A DNA stretch of 54,656 nt from Malacoraja senta (lineage: Eukaryota). Under the pieces are notes generated by a model, which was not told the origin of the DNA, did not search any database, and worked only from the letters and a program-made list of their open reading frames with translations. The position numbers and the translations under genes are program-made. The stretch covers positions 186,001 through 240,656 of the forward strand of contig JAXLNO010000357.1 in NCBI GenBank assembly GCA_038087875.1. Reading direction: 5' to 3'. Of this stretch, positions 1 through 12,088 are shown piece after piece. The first letter of the stretch is position 1; every line of letters starts with the position of its first letter.

Positions 1-534
1 ATTGGGGAGAGTGGAACTGAGAGAAAAAATTAAAGAGGGCTTAACAAAAGAATGGCAGAGAGGATGGGAAATGGAAGTCAGGGGTAGACACTACTTTTCT
101 ATACAATCTGAAGTTAGGAAAATATGTTTCTGTACATCTCTGTCCCGTAGGGACTCAGTTAAACTGTGTAGATTGAGGTTGGGACACTGTGGGTTAAATT
201 ACTATTTGTGCATTGTAGGGAAACATGTTTCTGGCTTGTGTGAATGTGGGAGTAATGAGACAGTTAAGCATGTTTTCCTAGAATGTAAAAAGTATAGGGT
301 AGAAAGAAAAGTATTGTTTGTTAGACTGACAGGACTTGGAGTTGAGGCTTTTTCTGTTTTATCTTTGTTTGGACACAATGAGAAACATCAACTGATATCC
401 AGGGCTGTTCTTCAATTCCTGCAAGTTACAGGACTGTATGTAAGAATTTAGTTCAAACTTTGACCTGTGGAGGGCAGTAATATGCTTAGCAGCGTCTACA
501 CTGCCGGAATCCTACAAGAAGAAGAAGAAGAAGA
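1..534 (+). mobile_element. 3' end of a non-LTR retrotransposon (I/Nimb-like clade): C-terminal zinc-knuckle region, 3' UTR and (AAG)n tail
   Basis: ORF 2..451 contains RLRLGHCGLN...CECGSNETVKHVFLECKKY (post-RNase H CCHC region of I-group LINEs); (AAG)6 tail at 516-533. Confidence 0.75.
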
Positions 535-1544
535 TACTGGCATGAAGCAAGTATCCCCATTTAACAAATGAAGTTATTCCCTGGTCCTGTTCTATTGCAG
601 TTTGTGGCATAAGAATTAAGATTTGACTTTGCATTGATGCGAACTACACATCGTTATTCAGTAAAATGTCACCTACATCTGACCCTGGGAAGTGAAGGGG
701 TCACCTAATAATACTATTTAAAAGATTATTCAGAATTTTGAAAATATTTTAGCTTACTAATTATCACAGACAAGTTGCTAACATTAACATGCAACCAGCA
801 CTCAAAATTATGCATCTGCTTGTTTTACCCAAACAGTGGGTAATGCAGAATTAACAGTATATTTTGTGTCAGGCAGTCTTCCTATGATGACACATTTCAC
901 ACTAAGGCACACCCTATGATTTATGTCCAATATATGCATTATAAGCAGTTAAACCATGAGAATTTGTCTTAAGATTTCCTTAGCTGAACATTCTGAAGTT
1001 AGTCGTTGGAATCAAACAGTACTCCAGGGTGAAGGATTTAATAGCATCTGATGTTGTGGCCCGTTTCCAATCCCACCCATGCTCATTCACCTTTCACAGT
1101 AAATTTTGATGCCTTCAAAGAATTCAATTATTAAACTGCACACAAAAAAGTGATCAATGAGGTGCAAATTCACAGAAAATAAATATGTCCTTGCTAACTA
1201 TTAAATGTCATAAAATCTAAAATAGCCCTTAACAAAATACCAAAAGGTTGATAGTTTGTGCCAGATCCAGGCAACTTCTGTTGGTGTGTAGGCCAGATGA
1301 ACGGTTATTCTCCAAGGCTTAATGAGTTAATAAGGATGTACAATGCCCACAACCATTACTAACAGGCATCTAAGTTTATTTACCAGTGATTCACCTGCAG
1401 CTAATAATGGACAAAATGTCCTCAATTTGTTGTACTTTACCAGCAGACCATTAGAAACACTCCACTTGCTTATGAACAAAAGAAACAATATTGAATCTGT
1501 TATAAGGAATAAACTGGAGCTCATTCTGTACGTGTGTGTTGCAG

Positions 1545-1749
1545 GTTTCAGCTGTGTTGATCCAGGCTTGCCTCCTGAACTTTGTGAAAGAGGAACATAC
1601 AGTCTCTCAGGGGAAACGTTTTGCCATCCTTGTCCACTTGGCACCTACTCCAAACAGACTGACGGTTCTGTGTGTCACATCTGTCCAGCAGGATTTGCCT
1701 GCAGTCAACCAGCTCTAGACCCTGAGCTCTGCACCAAGGGATCTTTCAG
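1545..1749 (+). CDS. Cys-rich repeat gene exon A (phase 1 to 2)
   Basis: ttgcag|GT...TTCAG|gttagt; (G)FSCVDPGLPPELCERGTYSLSGETFCHPCPLGTYS...CPAGFACSQPALDPELCTKGSF. Confidence 0.88.
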
Positions 1750-1832
1750 GTTAGTTTTTTTCATCACATCACAGTTGTTGGGACATTTCTCTGCAGTGGG
1801 CTGCCATGTTTCCTACTTCACAACCCTGACCA

Positions 1833-2172
1833 GTTTGGTTTAGTTTAGAGATACAGCGTGGAAACGGGCCCTTAGGCCCACAGAGTCCGCGCTGACCCGT
1901 ACACTATCCTACACACTAGGCACAATTTTGGAGAGGTTAATTAACCTACAAACCTGCACGTCTTGGGAATGTGGGAGGAAACCGGAGCAGTCACGGAGAA
2001 CGTATAAACTCCATACAGTCACGGAGAACGTACAAACTCCATACAGTCACGGAGAACGTAGTAAACTCTATGCAGTCATGGAGAACGTACAAACTCCATA
2101 CAGACAGCACCTGTAGTCAGGTTCAAACCTAAGTCTCTGGCGCAGTAAGAAAACAACTCTACCATTATGCTG
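1833..2172 (-). mobile_element. HE1-like tRNA-derived V-SINE with internal 4 x 28-bp tandem expansion (1988-2100)
   Basis: Reverse complement of the copies at 8053, 24675 and 32881; (TAAAC)n tail at left end. Confidence 0.8.
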
Positions 2173-2672
2173 TCTCTAGACCTCAAGAATGTACTTAATT
2201 GCTGGTAAAAACCCTTGGAACATTGTAAATTATAGGTGCAGTATAAATGCATGGCCCTCCTTTATTTCTCACTTTCTCTTGTGCTTGCTTATCTCTTTAA
2301 AGTGACACACAATCCTCTCTGAATAATGCCACGATTAAGAATGCTATTAAGAGGGGCAAAACTGGAATTGATTTCTCTCAGCTGTTTAGTAAAAGTTGTC
2401 ATTGTAATGATAACTGTGATGGGGGCTGAGAAGAAGCAGAGAAGCTAATCTCTGCTGGCTGTGATGGGTTGTATTGAAAACACATTGCCATTGGATTGTT
2501 TAGTGGGTGAACACCTAGGGTGGAGTGCCTCACTACAAAGGCACTCAATGCTCTTTATAAAGTCACCTTCGCTGCTCTGTCTTACAGCAGACATTCACAG
2601 ACTGTGTTAGCAATTGGCTAATTGTAAATTCTAAGCTGCTGTCTTATCCCCTGTTCCCTCCCTTACACTTAG

Positions 2673-2785
2673 TACCTTTGGATCTACGTTCTGCACCTCC
2701 TGTCCACCAGGCACTTACAGCAATGGATCCCACCCAGGTTGCTTGTTCTGCCCTGCTGGCTCTGCCTGCCCAGACCCTAAACAAG
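2673..2785 (+). CDS. Cys-rich repeat gene exon B (phase 2 to 1)
   Basis: Pyrimidine tract, then cttag|T...CAAG|gttagt; TFGSTFCTSCPPGTYSNGSHPGCLFCPAGSACPDPKQ; not in the ORF track. Confidence 0.88.
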
Positions 2786-3136
2786 GTTAGTAGTTTTTGA
2801 AAAAAAGTAAGATTTTGTTTGTCAACTTCAATAAAAATGTAAATTTTTTAAAAGATCTTTATTTTGTGAAATGTACATTTAGATGAAAAATATCGATGTA
2901 CAAATCTTCCAAACGAGATTTTGGACTGTGTAGAATCAAGAATCCCCAAAGAGTCTAATTTTTCATCAGAGAAATTAAATGAAGTCACCTCGGGTCCATT
3001 GCTGAATGATATGGACCCAGCAAAACCCAGTCCAATCCTCATGTTGTGAAATTAATTGGGCTAAGTTAAAGCATTTCAATTGGCCTCAGAACTTCTCCAT
3101 TAAAAGGGAAAATGATTCCAAAATGGAAATTGCAAT

Positions 3137-3238
3137 GTGTGTATTACCTGTGTGTGTATTACCTGTGTGTGTGTGTGTTACCTGTGTGTGTGCGTGTATA
3201 TCTACCTGTGTGTGTGACTATGTGTGCACCCAAGTGTG
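3137..3238. repeat. Interrupted (TG)n microsatellite with TACCTGTGTGTG sub-units
   Basis: Direct reading. Confidence 0.85.
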
Positions 3239-3505
3239 AGGGTCTAAGAGATTAAGTTTATACAGCTCACTATAGATAACCTACAGTAAGAGCACTGAAT
3301 TGAGACAACACCACAGAGTGAGATACTGGAATTTCTTGTGGTTTGAACATCTCAACCTGTACAAGCTCAGGAGAGGCAAGCAGAGAAAACCATCCCAGGA
3401 CAGAATACAAAAGTATGTGTCAGACTTGAAGAACAATCTACTATCTAATCCCTCAAGTAGAGGGTAACAATTAAAATATTACAGCCTAGTGAATAAAGCC
3501 AATAT

Positions 3506-4015
3506 AATCATAATCATATTTTATTTGCCAAGTATGTTTTGTAACATACGAGGAATTTGATTTGCCATTCAGTCACACCATTAAAAAGCAACAAAACACG
3601 CAAAATACATTTTAACATAAACATCCACCACAGTGACTCCTTCACATTCTTCTCGAGCCATCCGTTGATGGGATGATCTTGGCACCCGTAGCCAGTGGTC
3701 GGGCCCTCCACGTCGGGGCTGGTCGAACCTTCAACGGGGGGATGTCAGCTCCCCGTGCCGGCCGATCGACCTCGGTTCGGGGCTGGTCGAACCTTCTGCG
3801 TCGTTTGGAGCTTCCCGACATCGGTCTCTACCCAAGACTGCGAGCTCCTCGATGGTGAAATCCGCAGGCCACGGTTGGAGCGTCGATCCCAGGCAAGGGA
3901 TCAGCTCCGATGGTAAGTCCACGACCCCACGGTGGGGCTCAAAGTCAGTCCCGAGCAAGGCCTCCAGCTCCATGATGTTAGGCCACAGAGCGACCGGAGA
4001 TAAGATCCGGAAAAC
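3506..4015 (-). mobile_element. Non-autonomous retroposon with a Rex1/Babar-like 3' tail (copy 1, 5' truncated)
   Basis: (ATTATG)n tail and AATAAA on the minus strand; about 120 bp shared with 4563-5272; GC-rich non-coding body. Confidence 0.55.
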
Positions 4016-4562
4016 ACATTCAGTTTATGTGCACAGTTATATTAAAATCAATCGTGACATAATAACAATATAAATGTCATAATAATTAGATGATATTACT
4101 TTTACCTTCACAATGACATTGCCCTTGCCAATTAATAGATATGTTTAATATTGATCCAATGGTAGAGATCTCAAAAACATGACTCATAGAGCCATCTAGT
4201 GACCAGAGCATATAATTACATTGTAAGTATTGATGCAAAGCCAAAGATGTTCTGTTATTGTATTGTTTGATATGTTGTATTATTTAATTGAGAGTGTGAT
4301 AAATTGAGAGTGTAAATAAACATTTGATTTCATAACTTTAGTAGATAACACATAATTATCTTGGTAGTGTTCACTTCACAGACTTTACCCATGTTTGTTT
4401 TCTGTGGTTTGGTTTTAAGATCCGACCCGGATAAACATGATCATGGCTTCACAGAAACTGCAATCCATAAGATTATTTGGTGCCGTTCGTATTAGTAAAA
4501 TTTGTACAATTATTTTTTTTAAATCTGGGTTTGTATAATGTTTGCAATGCAAGATGTATCAG

Positions 4563-5272
4563 AATCATCACAATCATAATAATAATAATCATAATTTATT
4601 AGCCAAGTATGTTTTGCAACATATGAGGAATTTGATTTGCCATACAGTCATACCAAAAAAGCAACAAGGCACACAAATACATGAAATTTGACATAAACAT
4701 CCACCACAGCGGCTCCTCCACATTCTTAACTGTTATGGAAGGCAATAAAGTCTTCTTTCCTCCTTTTTCTCCCGCGGTCGGGGGAGTCGAACCATCCGCA
4801 GCTGGCGATTGAATCTCCCACGTCGGGGCGATCGAAGCTCCCATGATCGGGGCTGTCGAAGCTCTTGCGGCTTAGAGCTCCCGAAGTCGGTCCCTAACCA
4901 AGGGACCGTGAGCTCCATGATGTTAAAATTCGCAGGCTCCCGAAGTCGATCCTTGACAAAGGGATCGCAAGCTCCACGATGGTAAGTCCACAGACTCCCG
5001 CTTTTTGGAGCTCCCAAAGTCGGTCCCAGGCAAGAGACCACCAGCTCCACGATGTTGGGCCGCACTGCGGACGGAGATACGACACGGAAAAAGTTGCATC
5101 TCCGTCCAGGAAAGCGATAATAAAAGTTTACCCCACCCCCCCCACCACCACCCACATGATACTGAACTAAAAGTACACTAAAACATACATTTTACAACAA
5201 ACTAAAAACAACAAAGAAGGAAAAAGATGAGACAGACCGTTGGCGAGGCAGCCATCGTCAGCACCACCTGGT
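4563..5272 (-). mobile_element. Non-autonomous retroposon with a Rex1/Babar-like 3' tail (copy 2)
   Basis: Same tail (GCAAATCAAATTCCTCATATGTTGCAAAACATACTTGG); minus-strand head GGTGGTGCTGACGATGGCTGCC. Confidence 0.55.
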
Positions 5273-5431
5273 TTCTAAACCCAATTTGTAAATTGAAAAA
5301 TGTAATAAATAAATTCAGAAAGTCAACAATTAAGTTTTGGTTGTTTTAATTTTGATATTAGACTAATTACTATTAAGTCATTTATGTTTTGTTTAAAGCT
5401 TAAGGCACCAGGTCCAAGTTTGCTGTGTTGA

Positions 5432-5712
5432 TGTAGAAACAAGGAACTGCTGGAGTAACTCAATGGGTCAGGCGGCATCTATGAAGAAAAAGAATGGATG
5501 ACGTTTTGGGTCAGGTCCCTTCTTGGGACTCAAGAAAGGTCCTCTTGAGGAGGATTTAAATTTAAGCCGAGTAAGTTCGAAAAAGCTGAAAAATACATCT
5601 AAAATGTTGTAGATAACTTTAATAAGGGTCTCGACCCGAAACGTCACCCGTTCCTTCTCACCAGAGATGCTGCCTGTCCCGCCGAGTTACTCCAGCTTTT
5701 TGTGTCTATCTT
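5432..5712. repeat. Inverted pair of Penelope-type terminal repeats (degenerate hammerhead motifs)
   Basis: Minus copy about 5432-5530; plus copy 5624-5712 with AGGGTC-TC-GACCC-GAAAC-GTC but no CTGANGA. Confidence 0.6.
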
Positions 5713-5842
5713 TCTTGAAATGAATGCTGATTTCCTGGATGTACGAGTCCGGGTGAGATAGAGGAATAATGGAGTCTCACAGTTCAATTAAATGAATCAT
5801 TAAATGTTGTGTCAAACGTTAGCAAGCTGAAGTAAAACAACG

Positions 5843-6380
5843 TTGAGGTCTATTTCTAGAGGAATAGAACTGAAGCATAGAGAACTTCAGCTGTGGTCTC
5901 GAAGACCTTGTTCCCACCACGCAGAGTTCTGCATAGAGTTCTGGTTGCCATATGATAAAATGGATATGGAGGCACTGGAGATGGTGCAAAAGAAAATCTA
6001 CAATGGCAAATTAGAAATCCAAGGTTATTGTCACCAGGAATGTGCGGACAGATTGTATTTTTCTTTCCTTCCATCCTTTAATCAACCTTTTTCAATGGAT
6101 GAAAAGCTCTCTCCAGTAAGCTTTCAATGCTCAACACATAGGGAGCTCTTTAAAGTTATGCGAGAGTGGATATATAGAGGATTTCTCCTTGAGGTGGCAA
6201 TAGCATAACTAGAGGACATCAATATAAGATGGTTTGCCCTGAAATCCTTTAATGAATTCTGAACAAAGACCTTTCTCCTAAGAGTGGTGAGAATGTGGAA
6301 TTTGACACCACAGGAGATGGTTGATGTGAGTAGTATAGAAACATTTCAAGTGAAGCTGGACAAGTAAATGAGAGAGGATG
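5843..6380 (+). mobile_element. Highly degraded CR1 LINE 3' fragment
   Basis: Remnants such as EFCIEFWLPYDKMDMEALEMVQKK and AGAGTGGTGAGAATGTGGAA. Confidence 0.6.
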
Positions 6381-6884
6381 GTTACCTTTATAGATTCATT
6401 TAAGAACCAGCTTTCACGGGTTCAGTTAAATAACCCTTCATACTGCTTCATATCCTATGTATATAATTCATTGTATAAATAATGAGTCCCACTCCTTCAC
6501 TGCTGATCTCAAAATCCAGACCCCTGTTGCAAACGTATCCAATTTGCACCAGCCTTCTAGCAAGTGCACCAATTACTACTGAAAGCTCCTTTCACAGTAG
6601 CCTGGTCCAGCATAGTCCTAGGTGAAGTAAGTACCACCCCACATCACTGTAGTCCAACCTTTTGAAACCCTGAATATATAAGGTGATTGTTCTTCGTCAG
6701 ATGATATGTTCTATTGCAATGAACTTGTTTATTATAACTGTCACAGGCCATCAAACATACCCTGATGGATTTCTACAAATCTATTTGTACAAACCTATTT
6801 CTGCATGTCTGTAGCTATCAGAAATATGAGCATTTCTTCCACTATGTTTGGTAAACCCTGTTAAAAGCCTTGTTTATTTTTCAG

Positions 6885-7089
6885 ACCCAGTTCTCTGTGA
6901 CTCTGGCCAATATTCCCTGGGTAATGCAACTTCCTGTGTGATCTGTCCAGCCGGGTACAAGTGTGTCTCTGCATCATCAATACCTGAAATCTGCCCAGTT
7001 GGTACGTTTTCTACGCTGGGTCAGTTCACATGCCGGGCGTGTGCTCGTGGCTTCTACTGTCCTCAAGAAGGGACCATTGCTCAGGTCAG
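6885..7089 (+). CDS. Cys-rich repeat gene exon C (phase 1 to 2)
   Basis: tttttcag|AC...GTCAG|gtcagt; PVLCDSGQYSLGNATSCVICPAGYKC...CARGFYCPQEGTIAQV; donor at 7090 is required for phase with exon D. Confidence 0.88.
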
Positions 7090-7406
7090 GTCAGTAAACT
7101 ACATTTCTTAATTATAATTTCACGCTAAAGCAAAAGAGGGTAACCTTAATACAAATCTTTGTGAGTTAAAATCTGAAGTTATTCAAATGGAAATTGAGTA
7201 GAAACATAAATGTATGAGCCCTCCACCCACATTCCTCATGAACATTGAATTCCCCAATTTTAGGTAACCCTTAAGCCCCTGTCCCACTTACGTGTCCTTG
7301 GCACGCTAATTACGCGAGCTCATGGTCACATTGAGGCGCAATGGTCCCGCGAAGGTCGCGCGCGATTTCATGCGCCCGCACAACCGTCTGGAGCGCGTGA
7401 AGTCAT

Positions 7407-7604
7407 TTGAAGATGGACACAAAATGCAGGAGTGACTCAGCGGGACCGGCAGCATCTCTGGAGAGAAGGAATGGGTTACGTTTCGTGTCGAGACTCTTCT
7501 TCAGTCTGAAAGAAGGGTCTTGACCCAAAACGTCACCCATTGCTTCTCTCCAGAGATGCTGCCGGTCCCGCTGAGTCACTCCTGCATTTTGTGTCCATCT
7601 TCAA
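7407..7604. repeat. Near-perfect hairpin formed by two head-to-head Penelope-type terminal repeats
   Basis: Arms are reverse complements around TTCTTCAGTCTGAAAGAA. Confidence 0.85.
7477..7504 (-). ncRNA. Minimal type I hammerhead ribozyme-like motif
   Basis: Minus strand reads CTGAAGA-AGAGTC-TC-GACAC-GAAAC-GTA: CUGANGA, stem II, GAAA, ACGU palindromic helix III, NUH triplet. Confidence 0.55.
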
Positions 7605-8052
7605 TTTTCTTGGCCCCGCTCTGGGAGTAGAAGTGGGGGCGGATCCGGACTGCAACGGCCGTGAGCCCCAGGCCGAGTTCGGCGATTGCTTTCCTGCTTC
7701 TGCTGCTGTTGGAGGTGAGACGTTGCATCGCGCCAGGGTGTTGGGCCTGTCCCACTTTGGCCGTCTGTTACGCGACAGGCCGTTGGCGCGTGAAGATTTC
7801 GTTCGCTACAAAAATTTCAGAGCCCTGCGCGATGTCGCGCACAACTACATACCCCTCTGCGCTTCTCAGTGGGACCGGCCCCACGCGGCCATTCGATGCC
7901 CGTGCGCCTCAACGCGATGACGAGATCGCGTAATTTGCGTGCCAAGGACACGTAAGTGGGACAAGCCCTTTACAAACCGTCCCCTCCCCAGGGCAGGATA
8001 AAACGTTAGCCGATGGGATTCTAATGATATTCTAGTCAGTAACTAGTATATT

Positions 8053-8359
8053 GGCATAGTGGCACAGTGGTAGAGCTATTGCCTTACGGCGCCAGTGACC
8101 CGGGTTCGATCCTGACTACGGGTGCTGTCTGTACGGAATTTTATCAATTTCTGCGTGGATTTTCTCCGATATCCTTGATTTCCTCCCACACTCCAAAGAC
8201 ATACAGTAGGTACGTACAGACGTTTGTAGGTTAATTGGCTTGGTGTAAAATTGTCCCTAGTCTGTGTAGTGTAGTGTTAATATGCGGGGAACTCTGGTCG
8301 GTGCGGAATCGTTTGTCCGAAGGGCCTGTTTCCGCGCTGTATCTCTAAACTAAACTAAA
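8053..8359 (+). mobile_element. HE1-like V-SINE
   Basis: A box TGGCACAGTGG, B box GGTTCGATCC, V-domain-like TTTCCTCCCACACTCCAAAGAC, tail CTCTAAACTAAACTAAA. Confidence 0.85.
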
Positions 8360-8455
8360 AGTAACTGGCTCAGATTACTTTGCCTTTCTGTCTAAATTAC
8401 TCCAAACTGAAACCATCACTTGAATCAATAAAATAATGGGATTAATGTGATCACA

Positions 8456-8580
8456 TGGAACTGCAGTTGCTGGTTTACAAATATAGTCACACATTGCAAG
8501 CGTAATTCAGAGGGTCAGGCAACATTTCTGGAGAACATGGATAGTTGACGTTGGAGGTTGCAACCCTTCTTCAGACTGAA
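8456..8580 (-). repeat. Penelope-type terminal repeat, degenerate hammerhead motif
   Basis: Minus strand CTGAAGAAGGGTTGCAACCTCCAACGTC. Confidence 0.55.
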
Positions 8581-8830
8581 TGTAGTATGGGGTTCAGACT
8601 GAGGTACTGTGGGATAACCTTTGCATTAAGGATGTTAGATCTCCACACAGAGAATGGAACTTCACTCTGGATTATTGATAACTTTTGCACTATCTTAATG
8701 AGGCAACTGTTTCTCAGGTACACACAGATTGACAATATAACTTCACTGTGTATTCATGTATTTTTTTTAGAAATCAATTGTAGACATTAGAGATAAACTC
8801 TGCCACCTTTTTTTTCCAATTATTTTGAAG

Positions 8831-8992
8831 GTGTGCGCCAGGTTTCTTCAGTACAATGGGTTCTGAGTCGTGCAAGGAATGCTTTGCTGGCTGTAAATGC
8901 CCAGATCCATCTGAACAACCAATTCCATGTAAGAATGGGTTCTTCTCCCTGTCGGGGTCCCAGAATTGCACAGGTTGCCCAGAAGGATTCAG
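8831..8992 (+). CDS. Cys-rich repeat gene exon D (phase 2 to 2)
   Basis: ttttgaag|G...TTCAG|gtaagt; CAPGFFSTMGSESCKECFAGCKCPDPSEQPIPCKNGFFSLSGSQNCTGCPEGF. Confidence 0.88.
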
Positions 8993-9877
8993 GTAAGTCC
9001 CCAGGTGATTTCAATGTTTTCAATTGACCACTTCTTGGAGAAAGAGCACATTCCAATCCACATTTTATAAGTATGTACAGTCAAGATTTCATGGTCCTTC
9101 CAATGCTATTTTTGTATGGAAGATACTAATGAAAAATCTTCTGGAATCAGCTATGAAGAGATTTGACATTGCCACAATTAGGAAGGTCTGGCCTCACTGA
9201 AACCTCTGGGTCAACTTCATTACCTGAAAGATAATGAGATACTGCGTCTGCCTGCCTTTGGGAAATCCCCAGATTTAGCGGTTTTCAGCCAAATGGAAAG
9301 AGGAAAATTATTTCCAATCCTAATTACTGGGAACTAGAATATTTGTGACAAACCTGGGTCCAAAACAAACAAGACTAAATGTTTTCAAAACTAAACAAAA
9401 ATGTACAATAAATAAAATATAATTTTCATCTATTGGTTTGAATCTGGGGTGACCTATTAAACACTGAGTATTATCTGCAGTTACTTTTAAATGGACTAAC
9501 TGAAAGTGGTGAATTTTGAGGGACTGGAATTAACTGTTTAAAATGCAACTTGAACCATGTGAGGAAGACTCAATTCAATTCAATTCAACTTTAATGTCAT
9601 TGCACAAATACTGAGTATGGGTACAACGAAATGCAGTTTTGCGTCAGTCCGTAGTAGTAGTGCAATATAGAAATTTAAAAAAAAAGAGGATACAGAGAGA
9701 GCCAGATCTGATGAATGTCTATTGCTGTAGAACCTAACCAAATAACACTATCAGGTACCAGATTACTTTGGGGATATGGATAGTGTGCTCTTCATTTCTA
9801 CTTTATATTATATTTTCCTATAACATGGAAAGAGACCTTTCAGCCTGCCCAGTCTATGCCAACTCACTCAGAGCATT

Positions 9878-10035
9878 AAGGCAGAGAAGGATAGATTCTT
9901 GATTGGTACGGGTGTCAGGGATTATGGAGAGATGGCGGGAGAATGGGGTTAAGAGGGAAAGGTAGATCAGCCATGATTGAATGTAGAGTAGACGATGGGC
10001 CGAATGGTCTAATTCTGCTCATATCACATGAATTT
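9878..10035 (+). mobile_element. CR1 LINE 3' end fragment
   Basis: Matches the 3' ends of the other CR1 copies (GATTATGGAGAGATGGCGGGAGAATGGGG...GGGCCGAATGG). Confidence 0.7.
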
Positions 10036-10715
10036 ATGAGCAATCCTATCATTCAATTTATTTCCCTGTAACCTATTCTCTCCATCTCTATACTGACTGT
10101 CCTTCCTCCTATCACAGATAATTAACTTACCAACCAGAACATCTGGGGGATATGGGAGGAAATTAGATCACCTGAGAGATTCCCACATATAAAATTGCAT
10201 GTAAAATGTCCAAACTCCACATAGACATGCCAAGAGGGAACCCAATCACTGGAGCTGTGAAACTAGCGTACTGTCTATACTCTGGCATCAATCCACTCTC
10301 TTCTCACAGCTGGAGTGTGTGCATCACAACATGTCCCAAAGATAGATACAGCCCTAGTACAAGATCAAACCGCATTTCTTCACACTCTGGCTTATTTTTG
10401 CCTTTTCCCATGTAACCAGCTCACATTCGATCGTCAATGCTTGATTATTTTGAAGAAAATGTCTCCATGTTGATTCTGCCTTCCTGTTTTTTGGGGGGTT
10501 GCGCATTTCAGGAATATGGATAGCCTCTCAAAGGAGGATGCAGAACCAAGATCTCAGAGTTGATGTCACATTTTAATACATCGACTCAGTGTGTAAGGAA
10601 AAACAACAGAGAAACCAAACATACAGCTAAGGAGGATGCTCCCTTTAGACCATCAATCTGTTACCCAGCAGCCTTGGAAAGATCACACCAATTGTTTCCA
10701 AGAACCACAATCTAA

Positions 10716-10905
10716 TAAGATAGACACAAAATGCTGGAGTAACTCAGCAGGTCAGGCAGCATTTCTGGAGAATGTCTGCGGAAGGGGTCTGACCCAAAAT
10801 GTCACCTATTCTTTTTCTCTAGAGATGCTGCCTGACCCATTGAGTTACTCCAGCATTTTGGCTTTATCTTCAGTATAGACCAACATCCGCAGTTCTTTCC
10901 TACAC
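10716..10905. repeat. Hairpin-forming Penelope-type terminal repeat pair
   Basis: AAAATGCTGGAGTAACTCAGCAGGTCAGGCAGCAT pairs with ATGCTGCCTGACCCATTGAGTTACTCCAGCATTTT. Confidence 0.65.
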
Positions 10906-10957
10906 ATGATCTATTAGGCATTGACGTAATGCATTCTCTCGCTGGTTGGCCTGGACT

Positions 10958-11665
10958 CAGTGCCGGATTCAATGAAGAGAAGCCCTAGGCTATTCCACTT
11001 GTGAGGCCCCTCCCAATCCCGCACCCCCACGAGAAGAGGAAGATGGAAGAGTGTTTTAAATAATTTGAGTAAAGCCAAGGATGATAACGGGTGTTTAAAA
11101 TTCCGCAATTCACAATTCATTCTCTAAAGGACATAAAATGTTATTGTTAAATACCGTAGTGATTGAGTAGGTTTCTAGCAATAATTATCAGCTCTACCGC
11201 TAGCATTGCTCCTTGCCAACTTCCTATTTCAAATATCTTTGCACTTTCCTACTTACCCCTGAGTTTTGACTTTTGAAGCCTGCAAGTATCCAAAGATGTT
11301 CCCTGCACCCGCCTTCGCTGCTTACTGGAGCACGTGTGAAAGTTTGCCGGACCGCCACCAGATTGACACCATGGATGTGCAGCCGAGCGTGGTCAATAAG
11401 ATAAGGGGCTGGAAAGCTGCGCATTAAAAAACAAATATTTATTGCCAGCGCTAGTGTCGAGTTATCGACTTAAAACAGTATTATTCTGAAATGGAGGGCA
11501 AATAAAATTACTGAAGGGTTGTTTAGAGACTACAGTGCGTTGTGACAGCATATGTAAGAAAGGCCTATGACAGTGTCAAAAATATTATACACCTTGGCCG
11601 GAGGCTCCCTAGATTTTGAGGCCCTAGGCTTCAGCCTGCCAAGCCTTTAGGTAAATCCGGCACTC
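10958..11665. mobile_element. hAT-like non-autonomous DNA transposon inserted into the 3' end of a SINE
   Basis: TIRs CAGTGCCGGATT / AATCCGGCACTC; 8-bp TSD CCTGGACT (10950-10957) / CATGGACT (11666-11673); SINE tail resumes to 11724. Confidence 0.75.
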
Positions 11666-12088
11666 CATGGACTCAGTGGGCCAAAGGGCCTGTTTATATA
11701 CTGTATCCCTAAACTAAACTAAACACTTACCAGCAGCGAGGAGGCAAAAAGCCAGCCTTTATTTTTGTTCAAAGCTCACGGGCACAAAGCACTCAGAACC
11801 AGATGAGAAATGCCATGAATCTTGCTGTTCAGGTAGCTGCTCAAAGCAGAATTTAATCACAATCCACTACTAGCAGGAGATGTATGACATGCGCTGCCTC
11901 ATTTGAGCATCCTATTTGTTGATTGATTGAATTTGTTATTCATCTTGACAATCATTCAGTGCTTTGCACGCTGCCCAATATACTGTACTTTACCTACGTG
12001 CACATTTATGGCAGCAGGTTTGGGAGAGGACCAAAGGATATCTGTGGATGTGCTTTATCTTCTCATTATCTTTACTTTCTTTGTGCAG

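Larger units (their letters stand above)
7274..7969. mobile_element. PIF/Harbinger-like MITE carrying a 198-bp palindrome
   Basis: TIRs AGCCCCTGTCCCACTTACGTGTCCTTGGCACGC / GCGTGCCAAGGACACGTAAGTGGGACAAGCCCT; TTA TSD at 7271-7273 and 7970-7972. Confidence 0.8.

Noticed and set aside
1988..2100. CRISPR-like array
   Set aside because: Contiguous tandem units with no spacers, inside a eukaryotic SINE.
8053..8125. tRNA gene
   Set aside because: The A/B boxes belong to a SINE head followed by SINE body and tail; the same holds at 24675 and 32881.
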